A DNA stretch of 64,000 nt, from NCBI GenBank assembly GCA_016748015.1, contig JAAOMT010000760.1:859237-923236 (forward strand), given 5' to 3'. The DNA comes from Geosiphon pyriformis uo1 (taxonomy: Eukaryota > Fungi > Glomeromycota). The notes under the pieces are model-generated. The model was not told where the DNA came from. It saw only the letters and a list, made by a program, of their open reading frames with translations, and did no database searches. The translations under genes and the position numbers were made by a program. This document shows positions 37,801-52,877 of the stretch, in pieces; the stretch's first letter is position 1, and each line of letters starts with the position of its first letter.

Positions 37801-40800
37801 TTACTGTTGTTTATGTGTTTTTAAATATTTTAGACAACCAAAAAGACAAAGAAAATAGGACAATAAATCTTGTTTTACATGTAAAATAATTCTTTCTGAT
37901 GAAGGAATATAAAACAACATTTCTGGATCTTAATTAATAATTAGATGCAAAAAGAGACTCCAATTAACAATATTTAAAAATAAGCACTAAGACATCTGAA
38001 AGACTATTTATATGACAAACATGAGATCTAAGAAATAGTAAGTATCAAAGTTGAAGATACTACATCCAGTGAATTACTGAAAATTAAAAACAACTTACTA
38101 TCTTTTTTTGAATCCAAATATGTCCTAACTTTCAATGTTTTTAATGATATTGAAGACAATTTAGAACAATTCTACAAACATTATCAAAATTTAGCATTAA
38201 CTAGAGAAAAACAAAAGCAGTATTTGGAGCAACTTAACACAAGACTGTATAAACATTGCTTAATTTTTAGTGACTTCAAATATTGTGATAATTGTAATCT
38301 TATCTACAATCTACTACCACATATAATCTATTTGATTCCCAAAAAGAAAAAACCAACCAGTAAATACACAGTGGAATCAGAATTAAAATTCAATCCCAAT
38401 TCAGACTTTGATAATAATAACAACAATGATTCCAACTCTATTTATTATGGCAACAACAATAACAATTCAAATTCTGATTATAATCCCAAAAAATATATTG
38501 CATTTTCAGATTTGTTGATGAAGCAAAAACTAAAATGGTTTAGTGATAATAAGAAAAATATTATGTCAGAATGCATACATAATACTAATACAGAGTTTGA
38601 TTTCAAATATCCAAGAAAAATGGCTATCAAATTGGAACCATATTTACATATTAGCATTAATCTAAAAATAGTACTGGAAATTTTAGCAACAATAATAGTT
38701 CAATTAACATCTAGATCTAGTTTAACAAAGAAAAAAATTAACATTAGAGGAAGAATAATTAACACAGAATACATAAAAAATATCATTGCAATACTACAAA
38801 ATAAATCAAAAAAACCATAAATAATTGAACCAAATAAAAAAATAGCATAGAAAATATTTCTACCTCTGATAAAAATAGCTTCTTTAGTGCCAGTAAAAAC
38901 AAGAAAAAAATTAGGAATCACAGCCAAAAAGAAAAATAAATTCAGATCAATGAATAGAATAGATATATCAGTCAATATGGCAAAGAAAAAACCATTGATA
39001 AGAGAAAAATTATCTCCACTTATTAATCAGTTTCTATTCTGCCATATGACCAGTACATATTAATAATAGAAAAAAAAGTAAGAAATCAGTCTCAGATTTT
39101 TGAAGCAGAACTTACAATTTATGAATCAGGAAAGATTGGAATTACCAATCTTTACATATCAGCCAAGAATTATAAACACATTAAAATTTCTATCTACAAC
39201 ATGACTGGAGACATTATTAAAATACCAAATAAAAGTATTTTCAAATACTTAAGCATTAAAGTTAAAAACCAACCACCAAACATCATTCTAAATTTTCTAC
39301 AACTGTGTAAATATGTAGATATCATATCACAAACTATATATAAATAAGAGAAATATTATTTGTTTCAATCAGAACAATTAAACCAAATGAATTTGGGAAA
39401 CTTAAACTCACTTCAATACATATAGCTCAAAATGTTACTCAATAATTTTACCAATATCTTTGTGAATAAAAATGAATTTGGCAGAACAGATATTATCTAA
39501 TACTAGATTAAAACTGAAGATGTTATGCCAATTAAACAATGAGCATACTAAGTACTATTAGCAAGCCATAAGATCATCCAACAAGAAATTAACAGAATAT
39601 TGGACAACAGATTAATTCAATTATCAATGAATCTATAATTATTACCAGTAGTACTAGTCCAGAAAAAGAATGAAAAGATTTATTTTTGTGTGAATTACAG
39701 AAAACTCAATAGTATTACTCATAAAAATAGCTATCTAACTTTACAAATCTAAGAATTATTTGATGCTTTTGGAGGAAAAAAATGGTTTTTCACATTAGAT
39801 TTGGATAGTAATTACTGACAAGTAGCCATGAATTCAGCCAACAAAGAGAAAACAGCATTTACTACACAAAAAAAAAATTTTGAATTTAATATTATACCAT
39901 TTAGCTTAATAAATGTATCAGCCATTTTTTAATGGCTTATAAAAATTATTTACATTGGATTACTATAGAAATTAATAGTAGTCTACTTGGATAACACCAA
40001 TGTATTTTCCAAAATATTTGACAACCATTTTTATTATCTTCAATAAGTGTTCAAAAAATTAAGAAAAGCCAGATTAAAATTGAATACAACCAAATGCTTT
40101 TTTAGTAAAACAAAACTAAAGTTTTTGAAACATGTTATAAGCAAAAATAATATCAAGACAAATTTAGACAAGATTGAAATTGTCAAAAACTTTTTAGTAC
40201 CAACAAATCTTATAGAATTAAGAGCATTCTTGGAATTTATTAGATACTATTGCCATTTTATCCAAAATTTCTCCAAATTGGCTTAATCATTTCATCAGCT
40301 TTAAGCCAAAAATATGAAATATGAATGGATGGAAATCCAACAAAAAGCTTTTGATATTTTAAGAAGAAAGCTTATTTAAGCTTTAGTACTGATCTATTTA
40401 GATCATAGCAAACTATTTATTATTACTATCAATGCATCAGATCAAGCATTGGAAGCTGTACTATCTCAAAAAAAACCAGATAAAAGAAAACACTCAGTAG
40501 CATACACCAGTTAAAACTTAAGTCCAGCTGAAAAAAACTATGAAATTTTAGCATTAGAATATTTGGCTATCTATTGGGCTGTTATTATATAGAAAAAATA
40601 CTTGAGTTAAAAGTTTGATATATACACTAATTACAAAAAATTGACATTAATCCAGAAACAAAAATTTGAAGATAACTGCCATACAAAATAAAAAATAGAA
40701 CTTTTACCATTTAATTATACAGTACATTATAAAAAAAAAGAAAATAGAAATGCTAATAATTTGTTATAAATAAAACAATTCTAAGAATATTTCAACCCAA

Positions 40801-41494
40801 AAATATAACAAAAGATGAACACACAAAAATATTTACAATTCTAATATTATATTAATACCCAATAGTTTAAGGAAAAATTATCTCAAAAAAAACAAACCAA
40901 CATAAAACAACAATTAAAATATTTTATTACTTACCTAAATATACTATATTAGAAAAACAAAAAAGATTCAAACCAACTATTCAGAGTAATTACAGAACCA
41001 AAAAAAAAACAATACTATACAACATGTACTCAGATCTAACAGCAGAACATTTTTATAAAGAAGCAACTATGGAAAGAACCAAAAAAAAATATTATTGGCC
41101 ATTAATAAATTCAGATATTATCTAATATGTGCAAAATTGTGATGCTTGTTAGAAAAGAAAAGAAACAAAATCCAATGAACTACTAAAACTAATTAGAGTG
41201 GGATAATTATTTGATCAAATTGAAATTGACTTAATTAGACCATTAATAATAATCAGTAAAGACAATTATTATATAATAGTAGTCATAGATTATCTCATTA
41301 AATAGCCAAAAGTGAAAGCAATTTAAAGAACAGATGCAAAATTTGTAGCAGAATTTGTTTATTAAGATTTGATTTGTCAATACAGATGTTCAAAAAAATT
41401 ATTATCAGATTAAAAAACTTACTTTGTAAACAAAACACCAACAGAATTAAGTTAAAGATTTAGAATTAAAAAATTATTATTATCACCATACCAT
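34873..41494 (+). pseudogene. Gag-Pol of element B up to mid-integrase
   Basis: MAELEKLKTNHLGF; LILDSD protease; Cys-rich insert; dUTPase remnants (LTSRSSL, GRIINTEY); VYLDNTNVF; INASDQAL; breaks at LLSPYH. Confidence 0.88.
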
Positions 41495-42437
41495 TGTTAC
41501 AGTTAATTATTTGAAGTTTTAAAACAAATAACAAACTTATAACTTGGTGCTTAATAGCCTATACAGTTGGTAATATCTAAAGGTTTTGATAAATTTGAAG
41601 GTTTTGATTGAGTTCTTTGTATAATAAACAGAGATTCAAGTAGTGTTTATTCATAGCTTTTCAGAATCACAATTCTGTCAATTTTCTTTCTCAGCTTGGT
41701 AACCAGTACTTTTTTGATAAGCAATCCATATTTCTTATGTGTTTTATCTACTTGCAAGGGTCTTTTACCAGACAATCTTTAATGTCAATAATCCAGCACT
41801 TAATCCTTAATTAATTAGTAGAACAACAAAGAAAACAAAATAAAAAAAATAAAAAAAATTAAGAAAAAATAAGAAAATAAGCCAAAACAAAAAAAAATTA
41901 GTATTCCGTCAATAACTGTAATTAAGAGCTATTGTTCCAGTGTAATTAAGTATTGGATTTTATCAACATGGAGTGTTAATAAAAGGAATAGTAATTAAAT
42001 TTTCAAACAAATAACAATAATATGATTGGATAATAATAAGTATATTTTATTTGATATTTAATAATTTCATTTCTGTTAATAGTGATTATTCTTGAAATGA
42101 TTAATAAATAAGTAGAAATAAAAATTTTTAATCTGGAATGGATGCTTTTTTTGCTTCTAATGCTACTGCTATATATACATAATTCTTTTTACACAAGAAA
42201 TTCTTTTTCTTTGCTAGATTTTTTCAAAATTCTTGATTTCTTAAAACATCCAGGATTTTCTGAAAAATTCTCAACTTTTCTAAAATATCTTGAATTTTCT
42301 GAATAATTTTGGATTTTCTGAAACATCCAAGATTTTCTGAAAAAATTTTTTTTTTCTCTTATTTTAATTGGCTAATTTATAGTCATGTGTTTTTCTTATT
42401 TTCTGATTATGTATTATTTTTTTTTCTAAATATAACA
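41495..42437 (-). repeat. 3' LTR of element C (943 bp)
   Basis: tgttacag...tataaca; direct repeat of 50647-51463. Confidence 0.93.
42215..42345. repeat. ~20-bp degenerate tandem units (TTTTCTGAA...) in U3 of LTR C
   Basis: Repeated gattttctgaaa / catccagga. Confidence 0.7.
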
Positions 42438-42450
42438 TTATTTCTTCTTT

Positions 42451-43099
42451 TTAATATTGAGCTCTGTTAAAATCTTCTAATATTTTTTATTGTAATAATT
42501 CTATAACTTCTTTTTCTAAGATTATTTTATCTATTTTTTTATGAAGTTCCTTAAACTGGCTGTTGGTTATTCTTTTTTATTGATTAATAGATAAGTTACT
42601 GATTTTTGGTTGTAATAGTATTTTTGGATAGTCTTGAAAGATAGTATATATTTGGTATATCGTTTTGATGTATATATCCGAATTAGATTTTTTTTCAATA
42701 AAGTTTTCTATTTCTTGTATAATTTTTTGATCAAAAACTCTTTTGGTTTGATCTGGATACAAGTTTTGAATCATTAATTTTTGTTTCAGATGCCAATAGC
42801 AATATAAAACTGGAAATTGTTTTTATTCAGTAATTCCAATTTTCTGTTGTTATCTCTTTTAATTAAACAATAACAGTTGGTTTTTCAAGAGTGCTTTTTA
42901 TCTTCTCAACAATTTTGTTAATATTATTGCTAATTTCTTTATGTGTTCATTGATATGGTGTAGTTTTTTTCCTTTCTCTTTTAGTGTTTTTATAACAGAT
43001 AGTTTAATGATTGATTGTTATTTCTATGTTTATTTGTTGTTGATTTATGGCCTAAAATAATTGTTGTGCTAGTTGGTAAATGTGGTCTGAAATTTCTAT
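42451..43099 (-). pseudogene. Accessory ORF3 of element C
   Basis: (M)EISDHIYQLAQQLF...QFPVLYCYWHLKQKL...IYQIYTIFQDYPKILLQP...EDFNRAQY*; includes track ORF 42577-42774. Confidence 0.78.
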
Positions 43100-43149
43100 T
43101 TTTCTGTTTTTTGTTATTGTTCTATGCTTTGGTCTCTTATATATTGTTT

Positions 43150-46100
43150 TGGTAAATCAGATCAACATGTTTTGTTTCAATTTGTATGATTACTTCCAGA
43201 TCTTGTGAAATTTTATCTGGTCTCATTAGTATTTTTTGTACTTTTAGTTGTGAAATATTATTGGTGAATAATAATATGTGATAATAAGATTTTAGTCGAT
43301 CATCATGTGGTGTTTTAGTTAAAATTTTGTTGTTCTATCTTAGCTTATATGCTCCATTTCCCAAAAATTTTTCAATGTGAAATGATCTGTTCTATTTGAA
43401 ATCGAACTTTTTACTCTATTGTTTTTCTGTTTTGGTACAATGTAGAAGTACTTTGTTTCCAATCTTAAATCCAATTGATTTGTTTGGTAATTGGTTATCA
43501 TGCCATTTTTTTTGTTTTTCTTGTGACTTTTGAATATTATTAGCTGTTTTTTGTTGTTTGTTTTCTAAAGTTTCTATTAAGTCATATATTTTTTTCAACA
43601 ATGTTTTTTGGAAATTGTCTTTTGTTATTGGTTCTGTTAAATATGTGTTGATTTTTATTTTAACTAGTAATGTTGCAGTTCTACTATATACTAATTCAAA
43701 TGATGTCACTTGAGTGGTATCTTACTTTATTGTTTGATAAGCAAATAATACTGATGATATATACAAATTTCATTCATTCTGGTTTTTTTGGCTGATCTTG
43801 GCAATTGCTTCACACAATGTTCTATTGAACTTTTCAACTAAACTATTTTTTTGTAGATAGTATGGTAATAATAGTAGTCTTTTGATTCCAAATCTTTGAC
43901 TTAATTCTACTAGTGTTCTGTTTACAAAGTGAGTTTCTTGATCTGATAAAATTTTTTTTGAATATTCAGGTTGACAAATTAGATCTTGATGAATGAATTT
44001 GGCTATAGATTCTGCATCTGCTCTTTGAATTGCTTTTGTTTTTGGCCATTTTGTGAAATAATCTATGGCTATTGTAATATATTTGTTGCCTTTGCTGGTA
44101 ATTATTAATAGTTTAACTAAGTTAATTCCAATTTAATTGAATGATTGTCCCACTTTGATTGGTCTTAGTGATTCACTAGGTCTTGTTTCTTCTTTTTTTT
44201 GACAAACATTACAATTTTGAACATATTGTATAATGTCTGAATACATTAATGGCCAGTAGTATTTCTTTCTGGTTCTTTCTATTATTGCTTCTTTATGAAA
44301 ATGTCCTGCTGTTGAATCTGAATGCATGTTGTATAATATTGTTTCTTTTTCTGGTTCTGCAATTACTCTGAGTAGTTGTTCTAGATTTTTTTTGTTTTAC
44401 AATATAATATATTTTGATAAGTAATAAAATGTTTTGATTATTGTTTTATATGGTTTTGTTTTTTTGGAGATAATTTCTTCTTGAACTGTTAGATATTAAT
44501 ATAGTGTTGGAGTTGTTAATATTTTTGTGTATTCATCTTTTTATTATATTTTTGGGTTGAAATGTTTTTAAATTTGTTTCATTTGTAACAAACTGTCAGC
44601 ATTTCCATTTTTTTTTCTTTTTTTGTAATGTACAGTATAAAAAAATGGTAAAAGTTTTATTTTCTATCTTGTATGGCAATCATCTCCAAATTTTTGCTTC
44701 TGAATTAAAGTTAATCTTTTATAATCAGTGTATATATTGAATTTCTGGCTTAAATATTCTTTCTATTTTATAACTGTCTAATAGATTGCTAAGTATTCTA
44801 ATGCTGGAGTTCTATAGTTTTTTTCAGCTGAACTTAAGCTGCAATTAGTATATGCTATTGGGTGTTCTCTTCTATTCAGTTCTCTCTGAGATAGTATTGC
44901 TCCCAACACTTAATCTGATGCATCTGTAATAATGATAAATAGTTTGTTGTGATCTGGATAGATCAGCACTGGTATTTGGATGAACTTTCTTCTTAATATA
45001 TCAAAAGCTTTTTGTTGAGCTTTAGTCTATTTATATTTAATATTCTTGATTTGGAGATAATGCAGTGGTTGCACTAATTTGGAAAAGTTTTTAATAAAGC
45101 AGCAATAGTAGTCTGCAAATCCCAAGAATGCTTGTAATTTGGTCAAGTTAGTGGGTGCTAAAAAGTTTTTGACTATCTCAATCTTATCTGAATCTGTCTT
45201 AATGCCATCTTTGTTTATAATATGCTCCAAAAATTTCAGTTTTGTTTTGCCAAAAAAACACTTAGTGGCATTCAACTTTAATTCTGCTCTTTTTAATCTT
45301 TCAAATACTTGCTGGAGATGATGTAGATAAATATTAAATGTCTTTAAAAATACATTAGTGTTGTTCAAGTAGACTACTACTGATTTTCATAACAATTCAG
45401 TATAAACAATTTCTATGAGTTACTGAAATATGGCTGGGGCATTTATTAAGCCAAATGGCATTACTTCAAATTCAAAATTTTTTTTCTTTGGTAGTGAATG
45501 CAGTCTTTTTTTTATCAGCTGGATTCATGGCTACTTGTCAGTAACCACTATTTAAATTTAATGTTAAGAACTATTTCTTTTCTCTAAAAGCATCAAATAG
45601 TTCTTGAATTTGTGGAGTTGGATAACTGTCTTTATAAGTAACTCTATTAAGCCTTTGGTAATCTACACAAAAGCAGATCTTTCCATTTTTTTTATGGACT
45701 AGTACTACTAATGACAACCATGAACTCATTGATAGTTGAATTAATTTATTGTCTAAAATTCAGTTGATCTCCTGTTAGATGATTTTATAACTGGTTAGTA
45801 GTACTTAATATATTCTTTGTTTAATTGGCATTGTATTTCCAGTCTTGATCTGATATTAAATGATATTAGTTCTGCCAAATTCATTTTTACTGGCAAAGAT
45901 GTCATTGAAGTTGTTTAGTAACATCTTGAGTTGCATTTCTTGAAGTGGATTTAAATTCCCCAAGTTAATTTGTTCTAATTGTTCTGGCTGGAGCAAATAA
46001 CATTCTTCTCATCCATAAATTGTTTGTAATGTAATGTCCACATATCTACACAATTGTAAAAAATCTGAAATAGTGTTTAGTGGTTGGTCTTCAACTCCAG

Positions 46101-49100
46101 TACATAAATATCTAATAGTGGTTCCACTTAATATTTTTATAACATCTTCTGTTGTATTGTAGATGAGAATTTTGATGTATTTGGGACTTTTGGCTAGTAT
46201 ATACAGATTGGTAAATCCAATCTCTCCTGATTTACAAATGGTAGCTTTTGCTTTAAAAATTTGAGTCTAATTCTTCACTTTTCTTTTTATGACTAATATA
46301 TACTGGTCATATAAAAAAATGGAAATTAATTGATGGGTGGAAATAATTTCTCTCTTGTCAATAACTTTTTTTTCTGTCATATTAACTAGTATGTCTATTC
46401 TACCTGTGAATCTGAATTTACTAATCCTTTTAACTGTAATCTCTAATTCTTTCTTGTTTTCCACTAATATTAACTGAGCTACTTTAACCAGAAGCAAGAA
46501 TATTGTCTGTGCTATCCTTTTATTTGGCTCTATAATATAGGTCTTTTCTGAATTATTTTGTAGCATTGTAATAATATTTCCCATATATCTTGTGTTAATT
46601 ATTTCTTCTCTAATATCAATTTCTTTCTTTTCTAAATTAGATCTAAATGCTAGTTGAATCATTGTTGTTGTTGTGATTTCCAGTGCTACTTTCAGATTAA
46701 TACAGATGCATGAATGTGGTTCTAATTTGATGGCTTTTTTTCTTGAATATCTTAAAACAAAACCTGTATTGGTATCATGTGCATGTTTTAACATAATACT
46801 TATATTATTATCACTAAACCATTTGAGTTTTTGCTTCTTGAAAAGATTAAGGAGCATAATATATTATTTGAAGTTTGAATTGGTGTTGGAATTATTATTG
46901 TTGTCATTGCTATTTTGAACAGAACTGGAACTATTGTTATTGTTATTATTGTTAAAATCATTATTGTCAGAGTTTGAATCAGGATTGAATAGTAATTCCA
47001 ATTTTAATGTGCAGTTGCTAATTGGTTTTTTTTTTCTGGGATTATATAGATCATATGTGATGATAAATTGTAAATAAGGTCATACTCATTATAATATTGG
47101 AAGTCACATGAAATTAAACAGTGGTCACATAGTTAAATGTTTATTTCTTCCAAACATTACTCTTGTTTTTCTTGAATAGGTACTAAATTCTGGTAGTGTT
47201 CATAGAATTTCTTTGAGCCTGTCTCAATATCTAAAAATGCATCAAGATTGAGAATGAAAATGACTTTAACTAGTTCTGATAAATTGTTTTTTATTTCTAA
47301 GATCTCTTTGGGCAAAGCATTTTCTATCTTGGCATTGGCCATTTTCTAAATTTCGTCTTTGTTATGTGGATAACCATCCAAATAAAAGATTGTTTAATGC
47401 CAGGCTGCATTTATTGGGGTTTCATGACTTACTCAGTTGCTTATAAGGATTGTGTACTGGCACAAAGCATCACACATTTCTCCTTAACCAAAAATGTTAT
47501 TCCATATTCCTTTGCCAAGTAATTGTTCACCACAAATGAGACAGAGTTTATTGTTCTATTTGTCTTGACATTTAGGATAATCATAGTTTTTGCAGTGGCA
47601 AGATTTGTAATAATAATGAGTTCATATCCAGTAATCTTTGTTGGACATAACCCAAGCTTCCATAAAAGACAGCTTCTTTTACAGTCTTTATATCAAAGAA
47701 ATATATAAGATGGTTCTGGTCTAATATTAGTAAAGTAGGATTTTTCTTAACTACTATCTAGTTTTTTGGTGGTTGTTGTTTTTTTAAGTACATTTTTTTC
47801 TTTTCTCTTTTTTTTGTTGTCTCATAAGAGTATTGGTGGCAATTTGTTGTGATTTTTATTGGCCCACAAAATTTGATAGGCTTCTCAAATAGGTTTTTTT
47901 TCTTTTTTTTTTAGCTCGATCAATGATTGCTTTCCTTAAGAGGCTTTAAAGTGATTGCAGATGGCAGGTGCACGAATATGCTGGTCATCAAATTTTAATT
48001 AGAACTTTTGTATGTTCTAGTCAAGAATAGTATTGGTCTTAAACAGCCAATTATTACCAATAAAAACTTGGTATTAGGTGGTTTCTATGACTAATATCTT
48101 GATGGGTATAATAATGCTATTGACTTCAAATGAAAAGTTATTGATTTTGCCAATTGGAGTTTTTATTACTCTATCAGTGGTAATAATTCTAGTGCTAATA
48201 GTATGATCAACTCGGCAACCTAATTGGTTCATAAGTTGTTAGGTAATAATACTGTCTGCTAACTTATTGTCTAAGATTAACTTAATGAGATGGCCATTAG
48301 TTTTGGCATTGGTGTACATTGCAATTATGGGTTTTTCTTCAAGAGCAGCACCACTAAAAAAAGACATTTCAAACTGTTTCTCAAGTCTGAAGGAAAAAAT
48401 AGCTGCTAATAAGTTGTTATTGGTAATAGTTGTTGGTAGAATATTGTTGGTGAGTGGTTTCTGGTTGGTTTCTAAGTAGTTGGATAAGGTGTCTTCTAGG
48501 GTAACTAGAAGACTTAAATAGTTCTGAGAACTTGGGTTTTAGGCATATCCAGTTTCCGAATTTCTTGGACACAATTCTGAGAGTTGTTGGAATATGCTAA
48601 GAATTAGTTGATAAACAACTATTACTGATTTTCAGTTTTGTTGAATGGTTCTTACTTCTGATTTTCATTGGGCACAGTCATTTATGGCAGTGTCTAAATA
48701 GGTTGGGGTTAATAAATTAGTTGTGACTGTGGTGATTAATATATTATGGGTGTTGTCAGTTGATAAATTAAAGATATGTATATTGGTTGCTACATCATTT
48801 AGATGTAATTAGATTGGTACTAATTTTAATTTGGATAATAACTTAGAGTTTGAAACCTGTGATTGGAGTTTTAATATTGATTTCTTGATTATGCATTATT
48901 GGTATAAACTCAGCAGCTAACTCTAATATTACTTTGTTTACCACAATTGTAGCAAACATGTATCTCTGGTTGCCATAATTGATTGGTTGATAAAGATAAA
49001 CATGTCTAATTTTGGAAACAATTTGAGTTTCTTGAATTATTATATTATTGTGAAGGTTGATAAATTGCTTAATTGTTAGTTAAGTATTTCTCTAATTTCT

Positions 49101-50583
49101 GATTGATTGAATCACTGAACTGCTTTAATTTGAAATCCAAGTCAAATGATTCATTTATTACTAAATTCATGGCTTGGGCATAGTTGGTTTTGAGTTCAGC
49201 TAATTCAAAGTTTCTGATATGGGTGATGGCAGCTTAAAAGTCAGCTGGATGTAATAGATATATGTGTTAAAAAATGCTGCTGCATAATCTGTAAATGAAT
49301 TGATTTAAGATTTGAGCCATTGTAAAATAATTGGCATCAATGGCTTAAATTTGTTACAGATTTCTGTGGAAATGTTTTAGATAGATAGTGACTGCTTTAG
49401 TATTTCTTTGTTTAATGGTAGTAAAGATATTGATTAAGTGATTGATGCTGTTCTTATTACTGAAGTATCTTAAAAATTCTAGTTTAAACACATTAAATAT
49501 TTGGGATTTCTGGGCCAAGCTTTGATATTACAAGTTAGCAGTATTTTGCAAAAAATATGGGATTGTCTAAAGGGCTCTGTTGTTGTCTTAATTATTAGTT
49601 ATAATTGCTTTGGTGACATCATTTATATAAGCTTAGATGTCATCTTCTTTGTTGATAAATTTTTCAAGTTTCACTATTGGGGTAAATGCTATTGGTGCAA
49701 TTGGTAATTGTTGTTAAAGTGGTTGTTATTAAAGTTGTAGTTATAGTGGTGATGCAGTAGCTAGTGGTAGATCAATTATGATTACTGAATATAAGTTCTA
49801 CTGATTAATAATTATGGAGTTTGGATTGTTTTGATTTGGCTGAGTTTGAACAATTAGAGTTTCAGTTTCCTGGTTTTCTGTAATTGGGTTTTGATAATTA
49901 AATTTTTAATTCTTATCTTCCTCTTCTTTTGATTTCATTATTTTCTAAGGACTAATGGTTCTGAAATCAGGTTGATATGGCAATGATTGAAATTTTGATA
50001 GTGTTAGTAATCACAAATTGAATCTTTTAAAGTATTAAACATAGGTTTCTAATAGATTAGTTTTTGCTTGTTTACTCTAAAATGTGATTCAGGCTAATAG
50101 TATTTTTGTATTTGCTATGGATGCATCTGTTAATATGATATTAATAGCACTTTCTAGTATATAGTGGTATGATAGATTAGTTGGTGATTCAATTCTTGTT
50201 TTCTTCCAAGTAAATAGTTGTATTTTCTGTAGTGTTATTGCTGGTGTTTGTAGTTTTTTCTTGCCCTTGTTTGCATAGATAATTGAATATCTTTGTTGAA
50301 TGTAATTTTCAATTTTTTGATTGATTTCAGTAATAATTGATGCAAAATTATGATTTATTGGTAGGCTGGTATTTTGAATTAGTTTATTGTAGAAATTTTT
50401 TTTTGCTGACTTAGTATCTATTTGTGCTCCTAGAAAATATGAAATCCTTTTGTTAACATAAAAATTAAAGGCTAATTTGGCTAATAGATAATTGTTGATT
50501 AATTCTAAGTATTGGCAGTAGTTTTGGAATAAAAATTTGGCAAATCCTAAATGGTTTGTTCCTATTCTTTCTGATTCTGCCAC
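43150..50583 (-). pseudogene. Gag-Pol of element C (Gag, PR, Cys-rich insert, dUTPase ~46400-46800, RT, RH, IN)
   Basis: VAESERIGTNHLGFAK; CYNCGKQ; GFVLRY..FRSNL..IINTRYMGNI..IAQTIF; YLNNTNVF; ITDASD; HSDSTAGH..YYWP..CNVC. Confidence 0.88.
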
Positions 50584-50632
50584 TTTTGAATGGTTGTTTG
50601 TTGGTACAGGTTCTCTGTAGAATTATACCTTA

Positions 50633-50644
50633 TAGAAAGCACCA
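50633..50644 (-). promoter_or_regulatory. Primer-binding site of element C
   Basis: TGGTGCTTTCTA 2 nt inside the 5' LTR. Confidence 0.75.
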
Positions 50645-50646
50645 AA

Positions 50647-51463
50647 TATTATAGTTGATTATTTGGGATTTTAAAACAAATAACAATCCCATAATTTGAT
50701 GCTCAATAGTCTATACAGTTGGTAATATCTGAAGATTTTGATGAATCTGAAGGTTTTGGTTGAGTTCTTTGTATAATAGACAAAGATTCAAGTGGTGTTT
50801 ATCTGTAGCTTCTCAGAATTGCAATTCTGTCAATTTTTTTCTTAGCTTAGTGGCCTGTATTTTTTTGGTAAGCAATCTGTATTTTTTATATGTTTTACCC
50901 ACTTACAGAGGTCTTTTACTAGACAATTCTTAATGTCAATAATTCAGTGCTTAATTTTTAATTGATTAGTAGAACAACAAAAAAAATAAAATAAAAAAAA
51001 TAAAAAAAATTAAGAAAAAATAAAAAAATAAGCCAAGACAATTAAAAATTAGTATCTTGTCAATAGCTATAATTAAAAGCTATTGTTCCAGTATAGTTAA
51101 GTGTTAAATTTTATCAACATGGAGTGTTGATAAAAAGAATAGTAATTAGATTCTCAAACAAATAACAATAATATAGATTGGATAATAACAAGTATATTTT
51201 ATTTGATATTTGATAATTTTACTTCTGTTAATAATAACTATCCTTAAAGTGATTAATAAATAAGTAGGGATAAAGGTTTTTATCTTGAGATGAATGCTTT
51301 TTTTGTTTTTAATGTTACTGCTATATATACATAATTTTTTTTACATGAGAAATCTTTTTTCTTTGCTAAATTTCTTGCAAAATCTTTGATTTCTTAAAAC
51401 TTCCAGAATTTTCTGAAAAATTCTCAACTTTTTTGAAATATCTTAGATTTTTTAAATATAACA
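50647..51463 (-). repeat. 5' LTR of element C (817 bp; ~126-bp U3 deletion)
   Basis: Colinear with 41495-42437 except that ~42300-42425 is missing. Confidence 0.9.
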
Positions 51464-52170
51464 TTATCTATAAACAAATAGCTTAGTTAAAAAGTTTAAC
51501 AAAACATTGTATAAAGCAATAGCCAAAATCAGCCAAAAAAACCAGGATAAATGAGATTTGTTTATATCATCAGTACTATTTGCTTATTAAACAATGAAAC
51601 AAGATATTATATAAGCAACACCATTTAAACTTGTTTATAGTAGAACAACAACATTACCAGTTAAGATAAACATTAACACATATCCAAAAAAACCAATAAC
51701 AGAAGCCAATTTACAAAGAACATTGCTAAAAAAATATATAAACTAATAGAAATTTTAGAAAACAAAAAACAAAGAGCAGCTAATAATATTCAAAGGTCAC
51801 AAAAAAAACAAAAAAAACAACATAATAACCAATTTCCAAATAAACCAGTTAAATTTAGGATTGGAAACAAAGTATTATTATATTATACCAAAGCAGAAAA
51901 ACAATAGAATAGAAAATTTGATCCCAAATAGAATAAACTATTTTACATTGAAAAAATTCTAGAAAATAGAGCTTATAAACTAAAATGAGACAACAAAATC
52001 TTAGCTAAAGCAGCATATAGAGATTAACTAAAACCATATTACAATATAGTATCATTATCTATTAGTAATATTTTACAACTGGAATCACAACAAATACTAG
52101 TCTAACTAGATAAAATTTCATAAAATCTGAAACCAATTATAATCATTAATACAAACACATCAAAGTGATT
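51464..52170 (+). pseudogene. C-terminal half of element B integrase
   Basis: Resumes L*TNSLVKKFN (PQTNGLVERFN); FRIGNKVLL, AEKQ, LAKAAYRD. Confidence 0.85.
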
Positions 52171-52221
52171 AACCAAAATAATATAAAAAGACACAATATA
52201 TGTAACAAAAACAACAAAAAA

Positions 52222-52863
52222 ATAGAAAATCCCAGATCACATCTATTCAAAAATTCAACAATTATTTCAAGCTATAAATTAACAACAATTGGATATAGAA
52301 CTTGTTATCAACCATCAAACAATTTGCTATCAGAACACCAAAAAAAAAAGAAAAGCAGGAAATATACTATATCAGTAACTACTGAATTCAACAAAACATT
52401 AATCAAATAAAATAATAGAAAAAGTAAAGAATACTTTTGGAAAAATATTCATAATTGTTCTAATAAAGAAGCTAATAAAAAAAAGTTGAAAACACTGAAC
52501 AAAACAACTTCCAATACTATACTATTACTATAAATAGAAACAAAAGTTAAATATTTAAAAACTATATATTGACAAATCTAAAAAAATATTCAATCAAGAA
52601 ATAATACAACAAATTAAAGACTTTATTAAAAAAAAACAAATTCATTACTTAATATTAGAATAATCTATTGGCTATATACTATATTTCAAAATTATTTAGA
52701 AATACTACTACACCCAGAAATGAAAACAATAATTATTAACCAGTAAAAAAGAATAAACAACTTACAAGTAAAAGACATAAAAACCAGAATTAAACAAATA
52801 GTATTAAAAAAAAAAGTAATAAAATTAATACAAAATAAAAATTTTAATAGAGCTTAATATTAA
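52222..52863 (+). pseudogene. Accessory ORF3 of element B
   Basis: IPDHIYSKIQQLFQAIN...KQLPILYYY...IYWLYTIFQNYLEILLHP...NFNRA; homologous to ORF3 of A and C. Confidence 0.75.
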
Positions 52864-52877
52864 AAAGAAGGAAATAA

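Larger units (their letters stand above)
41495..51463 (-). mobile_element. Ty3/Gypsy-type LTR retrotransposon C (related to B), nested in B's integrase
   Basis: LTRs 41495-42437 and 50647-51463; PBS TGGTGCTTTC at 50644; PPT 42441-42451; flanks CCAT / TTAT. Confidence 0.93.
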